From contig CAVZSQ010000013.1 in assembly GCA_963777955.1 (NCBI GenBank), forward strand, positions 352,001 to 416,000: DNA of 64,000 nucleotides. Direction: 5' to 3'. Positions 32,767 to 43,518 of this stretch are shown here, piece after piece. The stretch is from Calditrichia bacterium (lineage in GTDB: Bacteria; Calditrichota; Calditrichia; JAJRVZ01). Positions within the stretch are counted from its first letter, which is position 1; each line of letters starts with the position of its first letter. Below the pieces are notes generated by a model. That model had not been told where the DNA came from and searched no databases. It worked only from the letters and a program-made list of their open reading frames with translations. The translations under genes were made by a program, and so were the position numbers.

Positions 32767-32884
32767 ATCTTGTTCATTATTAATTTTAGTTAAACATAGA
32801 ATTTATTTAAATTTAGATTGTGCCTGAAGTCACAGCCGGGTAATTAAAAATAAAGTTGGTTTTTTAACCAAAAAGGACCATCAA

Positions 32885-33358
32885 ATGCAATTGGCAACAT
32901 TATGTTACCTTCAGTGTAACGCCAAAACACTGATGCTGTATCGCAACAAAAAAAAGAATGATATTCATGCCGGAAAATGGAACGGTCTGGGCGGAAAATT
33001 CATTGCCGGCGAGACTCCTGAAGAATGCGTAATCAGAGAGGTAACTGAGGAAAGCGGTTTATCGATAAAAAATCCTCGCTTACGTGGTATCATGACTTTC
33101 CCCAATTTTAGCTGCGGAGAAGACTGGTATGTTTTCATTTTTACCGCAAGTGAATTTGATGGTCAAATGTCTGATTCCAGTGAAGGACAACTGGAATGGA
33201 TCGATGACGACAGGCTATTATCGCTGGATCTATGGGAGGGTGATAAAATATTTTTAAAGTGGTTGCAGCAGGATCGATTCTTCTCGGCCAAATTCATCTA
33301 TAAAAACAAAAGTCTGATCGAACACCGGGTAATTTTTTATGATTCCGTCAGAAATTAG
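32885..33358 (+). CDS. NUDIX hydrolase, 8-oxo-dGTP diphosphatase (MutX/MTH1-like)
   Basis: GKWNGLGGK...GETPEECVIREVTEESGL Nudix box; LWEGD. Confidence 0.9.
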   Translation: MQLATLCYLQCNAKTLMLYRNKKKNDIHAGKWNGLGGKFIAGETPEECVIREVTEESGLSIKNPRLRGIMTFPNFSCGEDWYVFIFTASEFDGQMSDSSEGQLEWIDDDRLLSLDLWEGDKIFLKWLQQDRFFSAKFIYKNKSLIEHRVIFYDSVRN

Positions 33359-34076
33359 ATTTTGGCCGGCGAGCGCCGAAGATTACTTCGCAGGGTGAAT
33401 TTTTGGTCACTAATTTCTGCAACTGCTTGCACCACAAGGCAATGAAGGTCCGGCACGATCCGGATCCGTCCGCCGCTGTCCCTATGTTACTTTGTGCCTC
33501 TGCCCTTTGTGCCTTATTTATTTCGCTATATCTGAAACAATCCACCAGGTGATCGTTCACCATCCCAACGGCCTGCATGAAAGCATAACAGATAGTCGAA
33601 CCCACAAATGTAAAATCCCGTTTTCGAAGATCTTTACTCATGGCATCAGACTCGCCGGTATGGGCCGGTAGTTCTTTCAGGCTGTGCCAGGCATTGATGA
33701 TAGGTTTCCCCCCGCTGAACTTCCAGATATATTGATCAAAACTGCCAAACTCCTGCTGGACTTTCAGATAAGCCCGGGCGTTTTTCACAGCGCTTTCAAT
33801 CTTCAGGCGGTTGCGGACGATACCGGGATTGGTGATAAGTTTTTCTATCTGGCGCTGGTTGAATCCGGCTACTTTTTGCGGATCAAATTGCGCGAAAGCC
33901 ATGCGATAATTTTCCCGTTTTTTCAGTATTGTCGACCAACTCAATCCCGCCTGTGCTCCTTCCAGGATTAACATTTCAAACAGCCTGCGCTCATCGTGCA
34001 GCGGCAGCCCCCATTCCCGGTCATGATAATTTAAATAAAGTTCGTCTGTTCCTGCCCAGTTACAGCGTTTAAGCAT
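33348..34076 (-). CDS. tag: DNA-3-methyladenine glycosylase I with C-terminal extension
   Basis: RCNW, YHDREWG, LEGAQAGLSW, IVRNRLKI, MQAVGMVNDHLVDC; start at ATG 34076 after AGGAG. Confidence 0.93.
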   Translation of the reverse strand: MLKRCNWAGTDELYLNYHDREWGLPLHDERRLFEMLILEGAQAGLSWSTILKKRENYRMAFAQFDPQKVAGFNQRQIEKLITNPGIVRNRLKIESAVKNARAYLKVQQEFGSFDQYIWKFSGGKPIINAWHSLKELPAHTGESDAMSKDLRKRDFTFVGSTICYAFMQAVGMVNDHLVDCFRYSEINKAQRAEAQSNIGTAADGSGSCRTFIALWCKQLQKLVTKNSPCEVIFGARRPKSNF

Positions 34077-34295
34077 GAGCTTTACTCCTGTTAACCGGCC
34101 TAATTTACGATATTTCAATGAACGGCAGTATCTAATTTGTTAGTCAGCAATCCGGCATTTTCTGCTTTTTTTAAATATATAATTTCGAAATCGTGCCGAT
34201 AGTAATAATGAATAATGATTTATCTGAATCAGCAGTTATTAATGACGATAGTTTTGATCATTTTTGATGGTATACGCCAGGAATAAAGGTCGCTA

Positions 34296-37200
34296 ATGCA
34301 GATTGAACCTAAACAAATATTAGTTCAGTTTGAAGGTATAACCAAGACTGCGCTGCAAACCACTTTTGTCAGCTGGTACCAGTACCATCAGGAAAAAATA
34401 AGTGAACTACAGGCCATATTGGATCCTCTAAAAATACATCTGGTGCAACCGGAAGAGTGGACTCACACTCCGGAAGAATTGTGGCACGAGGTTGAGGAAA
34501 TCAACCGGCGGGTAATCAAGTGGACCACGTCCCTGCATTATCTTTCTTCCGATCTTGAACTGGAACAATTGAGCAAAACCTGGTCTGATCAATTCGATTT
34601 AATCGAAAAAAATCTGCCCGATGAAATCCGCATCCTGATCGGTAATACCTTCTGGCAGGGACAACCGGATGATTCCTTTTCCACGCGCCTGCGCAAACGC
34701 TATTACAAATCGAAGCGCTGGTTGCATCTTAAATTCCTGACCCTGCATAATCTGGGACGGCGTGTGGCCCGAAAAGCACCGTTAAAATCCGAAGACCTGA
34801 GCCATCACATTCCACTGCATAATTTTTTGTATTACTATCTCGGCCTTCCTTTTAAACAATTTATACTGGCCGAATGGCAACGTTTCTTACAGGCTGTTTC
34901 AGGGCAATATTTTGTGCTGCAGATGAAAAGTGCCGAATTAAACAATAAGATCCTGTTAGTGGACCGTTTCCCGGTAATTTATAAGCTGGTCGAAAATATC
35001 AATATTTTTGATGAATTATATGAGCTGGCAGAAATCCTGAAAAGCGTTGACGAAACTTTGCAGGTTCTGATCGGCTATGACAAGCAATTCCGTGTACGGC
35101 TGGAGAAAATACTGGTCGAGGTTTCCTCCCGCTTCCAATCTGCCTGGAACGATGCCAGGACTTTCCAGATAAATGATAAAAAATATGCAGACAAAAAAAT
35201 CAAAAGAATAAATCAGCAGTTAAAAATTCAGTTCCAGAAATCTGTCTTAAACTGGTATAACCATTTCCGCGGCCTGCGTCAGGATTGGCAAAAAAGCCTG
35301 CAACTGGCTTTATTGCAGTTTCAGGCTGCTCATACCTTAAGAAAAATCGCCCGGACCACTGAAGATAAGATCAGAAATATTGTCGATCCCCTGTTCAGTG
35401 AAATTACCACACTGATACATAACGCTGAGGCCAGATTCACCCCGATTGCTTCATCCAGAGATCTGGAAAAACAAATTAAAACCGAGACCGAACTCACCTT
35501 AAAGACCGGGATCCAGCCTAAACTGGCCGGATTGATCGATACAATCCATCACGTACAACTGATTGCCGATCTGCAATCATTTTCCAGTCAAATCTCAACA
35601 GACCTGGAGGCCCTGGGAACCAATTATAGCATTTTCCTCAGACGCGATACTGAGAATTCCCCGCCCCATTCCCGCTTAGTTGAAATACCGCTGAAAGAAA
35701 TTATCCATAAATATATTTTAAGTGAGTTGGTAGCCGCCAATCAACCGACTATTTCCCAGACCAGCGACCGGTTGGAGAAGACCATCCGTTCGATATCCGA
35801 AATTGACCAGATACTTGACCATGCCTTCGATACCGCTTCGAATCTGATTTATCAACATGGATCTGAACTTGAAATCCAGGAGCCGCAATCGATCATCCAG
35901 GATGCTTTTCAGCGGATCAAGAAAATATTAACCATGCTGAACCAGGAGATCAATGCTATGCCCCAGCAGGCGACCATGGCCATGGTCAATGATCTGCTGA
36001 AATTCGAGAATCAGTTGCAGGACCTGTCTGAAATCAAAAGAGTCATGGATTTAAAGAAACGGTTAATCCGTGAACAAAAACCATCCTGGTTGAAACGGCC
36101 GGTTACTGTCGTACAACCCGCTGCCTGGCACAGTAAAAAGGAAGTTCCGGCTGTGACGCAAACCAGACCGGGTAAAGAATCCGAAATGCTTAAACAACCG
36201 ACTCCACTGCCCATCGCTGCCATTGGTTCCTTCATAAAACAAATCCATTTGCAGATTGCGCGTTTACCTTTTGTATATCAGCGTTTATTCCTGTTGGAAC
36301 CGTTGACCAACCTGCGCTTTTTTAATGGGCGGGAGCAGGAAATCGCCGCTATCCGCCAGGATTATATTGACTGGAAAAACGGCAGTCCTACCTGCCTGGT
36401 CATCGTCGGTGAAACCGGCAGTGGGAAAACATCCCTGCTAAATCAGCTCGAAAACAAGTTATTCGACTCGCCTTCCCTGATTAAACTGGAACTGCAGGAG
36501 AAATTATACAGTGAATCCAAATTAACCGATTTCTTAAAAATTAAATTAGGTTATCCCGCTGCCTCTTCGCTGACCGAGATCGAGATCCGGATCAGGCATG
36601 AAAGAGAAAACCGGATCTGCATCCTGGAAAATTTACATCACTCCTTCCTGCGTATTGTCAACGGGCTTGATGCCCTGGAGAAATTATTACTGCTGATCAC
36701 CAGAACCCAGCAAAAAATATTCTGGATCGTGACCTGCGATCAGCAGGCCTGGCATTATCTCGATAAAGTGATGAACATCTCCAGGAACTTCTGTAAAGTT
36801 TTGACCCTGGGCAGTATCTCCGCAGAAGAAATGAAATCTATCCTGCTTAAACGTCATCAGGTCAGCGGTTATGAGCTTGACTTTGAAATTCCAAAATCCT
36901 GGCCGCAGAATGGAAAACTGAACAAATATTTCAATGGCCGGCCCGGTACGCAAAGATTATTGCAGGAATTTTTCTTCACGGAACTCAACGAATTGTCAGC
37001 CGGTAATATTACCATCGCTATCCTGCACTGGCTGCGGGCTATCGACAAATTCGCCGCAGATAAATTAATTCTGACTCCATATGTTGGTTTCGATTATTCC
37101 TGCCTGACCGAATTACAGGAAGAAGATTTATTCACCCTGGCTTCTATATTGAATCATGAAATACTCAACGCCGGCGATCATGCTTTGATCTTCAGGCAAA

Positions 37201-37337
37201 TTCCCGAAAACAGTATGATGCAAATGGTCCGGTTACAGAATTATGGATTACTCCTGTCAGCCCAGTCAGGATTCCAGGTTAATCCCCTGCTTTACCGCCC
37301 TGTGATAAAACTGTTGTCCGCAAGAAATGTATTGTGA
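34296..37337 (+). CDS. Large helical protein with C-terminal P-loop ATPase (AAA/STAND-like) domain
   Basis: About 580 aa helical N-terminus, Pro/Thr linker, FNGREQEI, GETGSGKTS Walker A, ICILENLH at the Walker B position. Confidence 0.7.
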   Translation: MQIEPKQILVQFEGITKTALQTTFVSWYQYHQEKISELQAILDPLKIHLVQPEEWTHTPEELWHEVEEINRRVIKWTTSLHYLSSDLELEQLSKTWSDQFDLIEKNLPDEIRILIGNTFWQGQPDDSFSTRLRKRYYKSKRWLHLKFLTLHNLGRRVARKAPLKSEDLSHHIPLHNFLYYYLGLPFKQFILAEWQRFLQAVSGQYFVLQMKSAELNNKILLVDRFPVIYKLVENINIFDELYELAEILKSVDETLQVLIGYDKQFRVRLEKILVEVSSRFQSAWNDARTFQINDKKYADKKIKRINQQLKIQFQKSVLNWYNHFRGLRQDWQKSLQLALLQFQAAHTLRKIARTTEDKIRNIVDPLFSEITTLIHNAEARFTPIASSRDLEKQIKTETELTLKTGIQPKLAGLIDTIHHVQLIADLQSFSSQISTDLEALGTNYSIFLRRDTENSPPHSRLVEIPLKEIIHKYILSELVAANQPTISQTSDRLEKTIRSISEIDQILDHAFDTASNLIYQHGSELEIQEPQSIIQDAFQRIKKILTMLNQEINAMPQQATMAMVNDLLKFENQLQDLSEIKRVMDLKKRLIREQKPSWLKRPVTVVQPAAWHSKKEVPAVTQTRPGKESEMLKQPTPLPIAAIGSFIKQIHLQIARLPFVYQRLFLLEPLTNLRFFNGREQEIAAIRQDYIDWKNGSPTCLVIVGETGSGKTSLLNQLENKLFDSPSLIKLELQEKLYSESKLTDFLKIKLGYPAASSLTEIEIRIRHERENRICILENLHHSFLRIVNGLDALEKLLLLITRTQQKIFWIVTCDQQAWHYLDKVMNISRNFCKVLTLGSISAEEMKSILLKRHQVSGYELDFEIPKSWPQNGKLNKYFNGRPGTQRLLQEFFFTELNELSAGNITIAILHWLRAIDKFAADKLILTPYVGFDYSCLTELQEEDLFTLASILNHEILNAGDHALIFRQIPENSMMQMVRLQNYGLLLSAQSGFQVNPLLYRPVIKLLSARNVL

Positions 37338-37348
37338 TAGGAGCTAAA

Positions 37349-38332
37349 ATGTCCCGTCGAACTATCTTTGGTCTGATCCCGGTATTTCTTTCGGTTCTGT
37401 TGATTTGCAGTAATAACCTGTCTGCCCAGACTTCTTCAAAAAAACCGCTGAAAGCCCAACCGGTAAAAACTGCTCAGGCACCGGCAAAAACCGCTCAGGC
37501 GCCGGCAGCTATCCCGGCCACGGAACCAATAACGGTAACAAAACCGGTCGATACGGGTTCAAGCCCGCTGCCGTGGCTGGAGTATTTGCAAAAGATCGGT
37601 CTGGCTCTGGCCACACTTATCCTGGCCTTTCTCTTAATAAAATACATCAGCCGTGTGGTGATCCTGATTTCAGAAAAAACACATATTTTAAAAATTACCA
37701 CAAAGCGGCTGGTACTGATTGCCAATATTATATGGTGGACCGTGGTTTTCTACCTGATCATTGAATTGATACTGTCCCCGCCCATTCAAACCAGCATTAT
37801 CATACTGGCATCGATGGGACTTGCTATCAGTTTAGCCCTGCAGGATATTCTGAAAAATGTATTCAACGGAATGTCGATCCTGCTCGACCGTTCTTTCCAG
37901 GTAGGCGATAAAATACGTGTCGGAAAAGATTATGGCCAGGTCTACAGCATCAGTTTACGCCGGATTCAGTTACTGACTCCCGAGGAAACAATTATTACTA
38001 TTCCCAGCAGCGAGGTTGTCCGTCAAACTGTGGTCCATTTCAATGCCGATGCTTCCCATTCGGTTGTCGATATGGAAATATTTTTGCCGCCGGATATAGA
38101 TATGGTGGAAGTCAAGAAAGTCGCCCTGCGGGCGGCTGAGGTTTCCCGTTACATCTATCTGCCCAAACCGCTGCAGATCTATTTCAGCAATACAATACAG
38201 CAGGGTCAACTGATACTTAAACTGCACATACACGCCTTTGTTCTGGATATCGGTTCTGAGCGGCTGTTCAGCAGTGAAGTTACTGAAGTAGTCATCCAGG
38301 AATTAATAAACCGCAAGTTATTAAAAGTGTAA
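37349..38332 (+). CDS. MscS family mechanosensitive channel
   Basis: Signal peptide and AP-rich linker, three TMs, SLALQDILKN, FQVGDKI, GQVYSISLR, ITIPSS. Confidence 0.85.
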   Translation: MSRRTIFGLIPVFLSVLLICSNNLSAQTSSKKPLKAQPVKTAQAPAKTAQAPAAIPATEPITVTKPVDTGSSPLPWLEYLQKIGLALATLILAFLLIKYISRVVILISEKTHILKITTKRLVLIANIIWWTVVFYLIIELILSPPIQTSIIILASMGLAISLALQDILKNVFNGMSILLDRSFQVGDKIRVGKDYGQVYSISLRRIQLLTPEETIITIPSSEVVRQTVVHFNADASHSVVDMEIFLPPDIDMVEVKKVALRAAEVSRYIYLPKPLQIYFSNTIQQGQLILKLHIHAFVLDIGSERLFSSEVTEVVIQELINRKLLKV

Positions 38333-38348
38333 CCGCCGGAGTGTCCCC

Positions 38349-40892
38349 ATGCCGAAAAAACAAATACCCGCACAGAAATCACTTACAGGCAAACAGGTTT
38401 TTCTGCGAAAGCCAGCTCCAATTACCAACCATTTTCAGGGCACCGATACCGATACACTGGCCAGATCGTTCATCAATCACCTGGAATTTACCCTGGCCAA
38501 AGATGAATATTCTGCTACACAGCGTGATTTATTTAAGAGCCTGGCCCTGACTATCAAAGATCGCCTGGTGGAGCGTTGGATTGAAACCCAGCAATCTTAT
38601 TATCGTCATGATGCCAAGCGTATTTATTATCTGTCCATGGAATTCCTGATCGGCCGGCTGCTGGGAGATAATCTGATCAATCTTGGCCTGTACGAAAATG
38701 CACATAATGCTTTAAAAGCCCTGGGCCTGGACTTGCAGAAATTACGGGATCTGGAAGAGGATGCAGGTTTAGGTAATGGCGGGCTGGGTCGCCTGGCCGC
38801 TTGCTTTCTGGATTCCATGGCTACCCTGGAACTGCCGGCTTATGGTTATGGTATTCGCTATGAATACGGCATATTTTCACAGCGGATTAGAAACGGTTTT
38901 CAACTCGAAACTCCCGACAGCTGGTTGCGCTACGGCAATCCCTGGGAAATTGAGCGCCCGGAATATATCTATGTAATCAAATTCTATGGTAAAGTTAATC
39001 AGACCAGGGATGAGCAGGGCCAGCCATGCAGCGAATGGGTCGAAAGTGAAGATATTATCGCCATGGCTTATGATACCCCTATCCCCGGTTATCAGAATAA
39101 TACCGTCAATAATCTGCGTTTGTGGGCAGCTAAATCGACCCGTGAATTCAACCTGGAATATTTTAATCATGGAAATTATGAACAGGCCGTAAGTGATAAA
39201 ATCGAATCGGAAACCATTTCCAAAGTGCTGTATCCCCGGGATGATTTTATTGAAGGACGCGAACTCCGCCTGAAGCAGGAATATTTCCTGGTTTCCGCCA
39301 CTCTGCAGGATATTGTCCGCCGCTACAAAAAAGCACATAATGATCAATTTAAAAGTTTTGCCGACAAGGTGGCCATCCAGTTAAATGATACACATCCGGT
39401 GCTGGCCATCCCGGAACTTATGCGCATCCTGGTCGACCTGGAAAAAATACCCTGGGACAAAGCCTGGGATATAACGGTGAGGACTTTTGGTTATACCAAT
39501 CATACCGTCCTGCCGGAAGCCCTGGAGGTATGGCGGGTTAAATTATTGGAACAGGTTCTGCCCCGGCATCTGCAAATAATATATGAAATCAATCTGCGTT
39601 TTCTGGAAAGTGTCAACAAGTTGTTTCCCAACGAAAACGAGCGGATGCGTCACATGTCCCTGATCGAAGAAGGCATGGATCGCAAGGTTCGCATGGCCAA
39701 TTTGGGCATAGTCGGCAGCCATTCGGTGAACGGTGTGGCCGCACTGCATACCGAAATTCTGAAAAAACGGGTATTCAAGGATTTTTATGATCTGTGGCCC
39801 GAAAAGTTCAATAATAAAACCAACGGCATATCCCAGCGCACCTGGCTGCGCTTATGCAATCCACAACTGTCCCGTTTAATTTCGGACTCCATCGGTGAAG
39901 AATGGGTTACGAATTTAGCCGAACTGACCAGGATCAGCTCGTTAAGTGAAAATATGGAATTTCAGCAGAAATGGACCGAGATCAAACACCATAACAAAAT
40001 CCAGCTGGCAAATTATGTCAGGGATAAACTATGTATCGAAGTGAATCCGAATTCCATTTTTGACTGCCAGATCAAACGCTTCCATGAATATAAACGCCAG
40101 TTACTCAATTTACTGCACGTGATTACCCTGTACCAGCGTCTTAAAAATTCAAAAAAGACGTCACAGTTGCCACGTACGGTTTTCTTTTCCGGAAAAGCAG
40201 CGCCGGGGTACGACATGGCCAAACTAATCATTAAACTGATCAATTCGGTAGCTGAGAAAGTAAACATGGATCCCGAAATAAATAAGCGCTTAAAAGTTAT
40301 TTTCTTACCCAACTATTCGGTATCCCTGGCTCAGATCATCATTCCTGCCGCAGAACTTTCCGAACAGATTTCCACGGCAGGGATGGAAGCCTCCGGCACG
40401 GGTAATATGAAATTTTCTCTGAATGGCGCGTTGACGATCGGTACTCTTGATGGGGCCAACATTGAGATTCAGGAAGAAGTGGGCAAGGAAAATATTTTCA
40501 TTTTCGGCCTTACAGCCGAAGAGGTAACCCATTTACGGCAAGGCGGATACAATCCCTGGAACTTCTATAATTCCGATCCGGAATTAAAACAGGTTTTAGA
40601 TATGATCAGCGAAGGTTATTTCTCCAAAGATGAACCGCAACTGTTCCGGCCGATCGTAGAAGCATTACTGCACAAGGGAGATTACTTTATGCTGCTGGCC
40701 GATTACCGTGCCTATCTCGATTGCCAGTCCCGGGTGGAAGAAACCTATCGCAACCGGCAGATCTGGAACAAAATGTCCATACTCAATGTGGCCAATATGG
40801 GTAAATTTTCAAGTGACCGTACCATTGCTGAGTATGCCGGAGAAATTTGGAAGGTAAAACCGGTAAAAATACAGTTAGGTACGAAACAATAG
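38349..40892 (+). CDS. glgP: Glycogen/alpha-glucan phosphorylase
   Basis: GLGNGGLGRLAAC, QLNDTHP, KRFHEYKRQ, EASGTGNMK (PLP lysine). Confidence 0.98.
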   Translation: MPKKQIPAQKSLTGKQVFLRKPAPITNHFQGTDTDTLARSFINHLEFTLAKDEYSATQRDLFKSLALTIKDRLVERWIETQQSYYRHDAKRIYYLSMEFLIGRLLGDNLINLGLYENAHNALKALGLDLQKLRDLEEDAGLGNGGLGRLAACFLDSMATLELPAYGYGIRYEYGIFSQRIRNGFQLETPDSWLRYGNPWEIERPEYIYVIKFYGKVNQTRDEQGQPCSEWVESEDIIAMAYDTPIPGYQNNTVNNLRLWAAKSTREFNLEYFNHGNYEQAVSDKIESETISKVLYPRDDFIEGRELRLKQEYFLVSATLQDIVRRYKKAHNDQFKSFADKVAIQLNDTHPVLAIPELMRILVDLEKIPWDKAWDITVRTFGYTNHTVLPEALEVWRVKLLEQVLPRHLQIIYEINLRFLESVNKLFPNENERMRHMSLIEEGMDRKVRMANLGIVGSHSVNGVAALHTEILKKRVFKDFYDLWPEKFNNKTNGISQRTWLRLCNPQLSRLISDSIGEEWVTNLAELTRISSLSENMEFQQKWTEIKHHNKIQLANYVRDKLCIEVNPNSIFDCQIKRFHEYKRQLLNLLHVITLYQRLKNSKKTSQLPRTVFFSGKAAPGYDMAKLIIKLINSVAEKVNMDPEINKRLKVIFLPNYSVSLAQIIIPAAELSEQISTAGMEASGTGNMKFSLNGALTIGTLDGANIEIQEEVGKENIFIFGLTAEEVTHLRQGGYNPWNFYNSDPELKQVLDMISEGYFSKDEPQLFRPIVEALLHKGDYFMLLADYRAYLDCQSRVEETYRNRQIWNKMSILNVANMGKFSSDRTIAEYAGEIWKVKPVKIQLGTKQ

Positions 40893-40896
40893 AATA

Positions 40897-41574
40897 TCAA
40901 CTGAAATCCGTTTTACTCACCCTTGCTCTCTGATCGGCCATTTTACAGGTAATGCAAATCCGGGTTGTGGGTACCGCTTCCAGCCGGGCCTGGTCGATGG
41001 ATTTTCCGCAAACGCGACAGGTACCGTATTCACCGGATTCAATCGCTTCCAGCGAGCGCTCTATTTCCAGCAGGTATTTTTCTTCACGTGAGATAAAAAG
41101 GAAATATTGTTCGCGATCCATAGTATCGGTGCCATATTCGGCAGGATGGTCATAGTACTTGGAGATGTTCTCTGATTCTGTCCCCTTGGCACTTTCCCGC
41201 AGTTTTTCTATCCCTTCCATCACCTGGCGGCGTTTTTCAATCAGAATTTTCTTATACCGCTGCAGCATTTTTTGTTTGGCCAGACTTAGATGCGGTTTAA
41301 GAGGTAATTTTTTTTCAATTTTAAGCAGTACTTTTTTAGCGGCTTTTATAACTTTTCTTTTTATTATCTTGCCCTTCGATTTTTTCACCGATTTATGTAC
41401 AGCTTTTTTCGCCGGTTTCCTGATGAGTTTCATTGGCATTTTACCCGGACGTCTTTGACCTGTTTTCCGCACTGCTTTATGAACAACTTTCTTCTTCGCT
41501 GTACCGGTTTTTTTAACTGCCCTGGGAGCGATTTTCTTTTTCGCTGAGCTGGTCTTAATTTTCTTTTTAGCCAT
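40897..41574 (-). CDS. DksA/TraR C4 zinc-finger protein with long Lys-rich N-terminus
   Basis: About 95 aa K/A-rich N-terminus; HPAEYGTD coiled-coil tip; YGTCRVC...RLEAVP..ICITC. Confidence 0.88.
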   Translation of the reverse strand: MAKKKIKTSSAKKKIAPRAVKKTGTAKKKVVHKAVRKTGQRRPGKMPMKLIRKPAKKAVHKSVKKSKGKIIKRKVIKAAKKVLLKIEKKLPLKPHLSLAKQKMLQRYKKILIEKRRQVMEGIEKLRESAKGTESENISKYYDHPAEYGTDTMDREQYFLFISREEKYLLEIERSLEAIESGEYGTCRVCGKSIDQARLEAVPTTRICITCKMADQRARVSKTDFS

Positions 41575-41829
41575 AGTACTTACCATAAACCCTTAATTAA
41601 TTTCATGTTTTGTGCCTATAGTCGGACAATTTTAGCGCTAAATTTACTATATATTTTTAAAAAAAGTAGTATATAATGTTACTCATCTATTAATTTTTTT
41701 ATCATTTTTTATTCTGCTGACTTCATAATTTAATTATTTTCAATGAGTTATATTGAATCTTTGAATCGTTATTAAATTAGGAGTATTAATTCCGAATGGG
41801 ATTAAAATCAAAGTTTAAAGGCAGTACTT

Positions 41830-43518
41830 CTATATATTCAGCAACTGATGACTTTTCCCTAACATATTTTTGTACAGGGAAATATATTCGGCAGAAGAAT
41901 TCTTCCAGTCAAATCTTTGCTGCATGGCTTGTTCTTGCATGATCTGCCATCTCTTGCGATGATGAGCATAATATATGAGAGCCAGATCCAGAGTTTTAAG
42001 CAAATTTGTTCTGGCGTCTTTACGATCCCTGCCCCGGTATTTAAAACCGGTCTGCAGGTGCTTAACCGTATCATGCAAACCACCTATATCATGTACCAGG
42101 GGTAAACATCCATAGCGCATCGCAATCATTTGGCTTATACCACATGGTTCAAAATCTGAAGGCATTAGGAAAATATCCCCGCTGATATACAACAGATTAG
42201 CAAATCCGGGATCAAAGGCGGATATGAAATAAGCGTTCGGTTCCAGATTAATGTCATCCAGGTCTTCGTCAAGAACTCCATTACCGATTATAATCAGATT
42301 GATATCGCGTTTTAAAACACTTTGTACCAGTTTTTCCTTGCGGCTCTGCTTTTCCAGCAGGATGCCGATTTTCTGTTCTACCGCCCGGGTCACTGCCACC
42401 ACCAGCGGACGATCGATCCAATCCTGAGGATTAAAATAATCCAATTTTGACAATACCAGCGGACTGTTACTGAATTTACGTTTTAAACGTTTTTCCAGGT
42501 CCTGAATATGTTTCTTAAAATTTTTCAGCAAAGCTTCTTTATGTCTTTGGCGTGCCTGAGGCCAGTTTTTTAAATGTACATCGAAGGGCGGATCTAACTT
42601 TGCCGGGTCAAAGTGCTCATAAAATAAACCGTTCAGAATTCCACTCAATTCCTTTTTGCGGCTGCGTATGCGCAGATCGGATTCCAGCCCGCGGCCGCCG
42701 ATAAAATTTCTGGACAGGTCGTCAGGCCGGGTGATCTCCCGGGCATAAGTTGGACTGACGGTGTTCACCCGGTCGGCCAGATTAATTCCGCTGCGGATGG
42801 GATTGTATAAAAAGTTTTCGTCGCCGGGTTGAAGTATCTTCCTGATCACCGCATTTTTAAGCAGATCGCCGTAAAGACCAGGAAACCAGTCGCGGAATGA
42901 CAGGTGTATATTATTCTTGAATATCTCAAAAGGACGGATGCCCTGGTAATCCAGGTTATGAATGGTGAATAATGTTTTCAATTTCCGGCGTAATTTCCGG
43001 AATTGCTGATCGTAATTCAGCAGCAGTAACAGGGTGCCGGTATGCCAGTCATGACAGTGAATTACATCGATTGGTTGTTCAGCAGATTCCTGCTCAATTA
43101 ATTTCAGGGCGGCCATGGAGAAAAAGGCAAAACGCTTGGCATCGTCTTCAAAAGGACCACGGCCCCGTTTATTACTGTCAATGTAAACTTTGCCATATTC
43201 ACCGTCAAAAAAGAAAGCATTATGGATCAGATACACGGGTACTGTATCCAACTGATGAAAATACACCTGCACGGGCCATTCTTTAGCACCAAATTCTATT
43301 TTTAAATCCGACATGAAGTAGGCCGGTTTATCGATGATCTCATAATAGGGTAAGATGATCCTCACCTTGACACCCAGAGTAATCAGCGCCTGCGCCAGAT
43401 CACGCACCACATCAGCCAGACCTCCGATTTTAATCAGATCCCGGCATTCAGTTGCTACCATGAATACAGTCAGCGACCTGCGGGTATTAAATGAAGATGT
43501 TTTTTCTTTTTTCATCAA
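41830..43518 (-). CDS. glgA: Glycogen/starch synthase (GT5)
   Basis: KIGGLADV, HCHDWHT, FTIHNLDYQG, TVSPTYA, PSDFEPCGISQM, GGLHDTV. Confidence 0.92.
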   Translation of the reverse strand: MMKKEKTSSFNTRRSLTVFMVATECRDLIKIGGLADVVRDLAQALITLGVKVRIILPYYEIIDKPAYFMSDLKIEFGAKEWPVQVYFHQLDTVPVYLIHNAFFFDGEYGKVYIDSNKRGRGPFEDDAKRFAFFSMAALKLIEQESAEQPIDVIHCHDWHTGTLLLLLNYDQQFRKLRRKLKTLFTIHNLDYQGIRPFEIFKNNIHLSFRDWFPGLYGDLLKNAVIRKILQPGDENFLYNPIRSGINLADRVNTVSPTYAREITRPDDLSRNFIGGRGLESDLRIRSRKKELSGILNGLFYEHFDPAKLDPPFDVHLKNWPQARQRHKEALLKNFKKHIQDLEKRLKRKFSNSPLVLSKLDYFNPQDWIDRPLVVAVTRAVEQKIGILLEKQSRKEKLVQSVLKRDINLIIIGNGVLDEDLDDINLEPNAYFISAFDPGFANLLYISGDIFLMPSDFEPCGISQMIAMRYGCLPLVHDIGGLHDTVKHLQTGFKYRGRDRKDARTNLLKTLDLALIYYAHHRKRWQIMQEQAMQQRFDWKNSSAEYISLYKNMLGKSHQLLNI

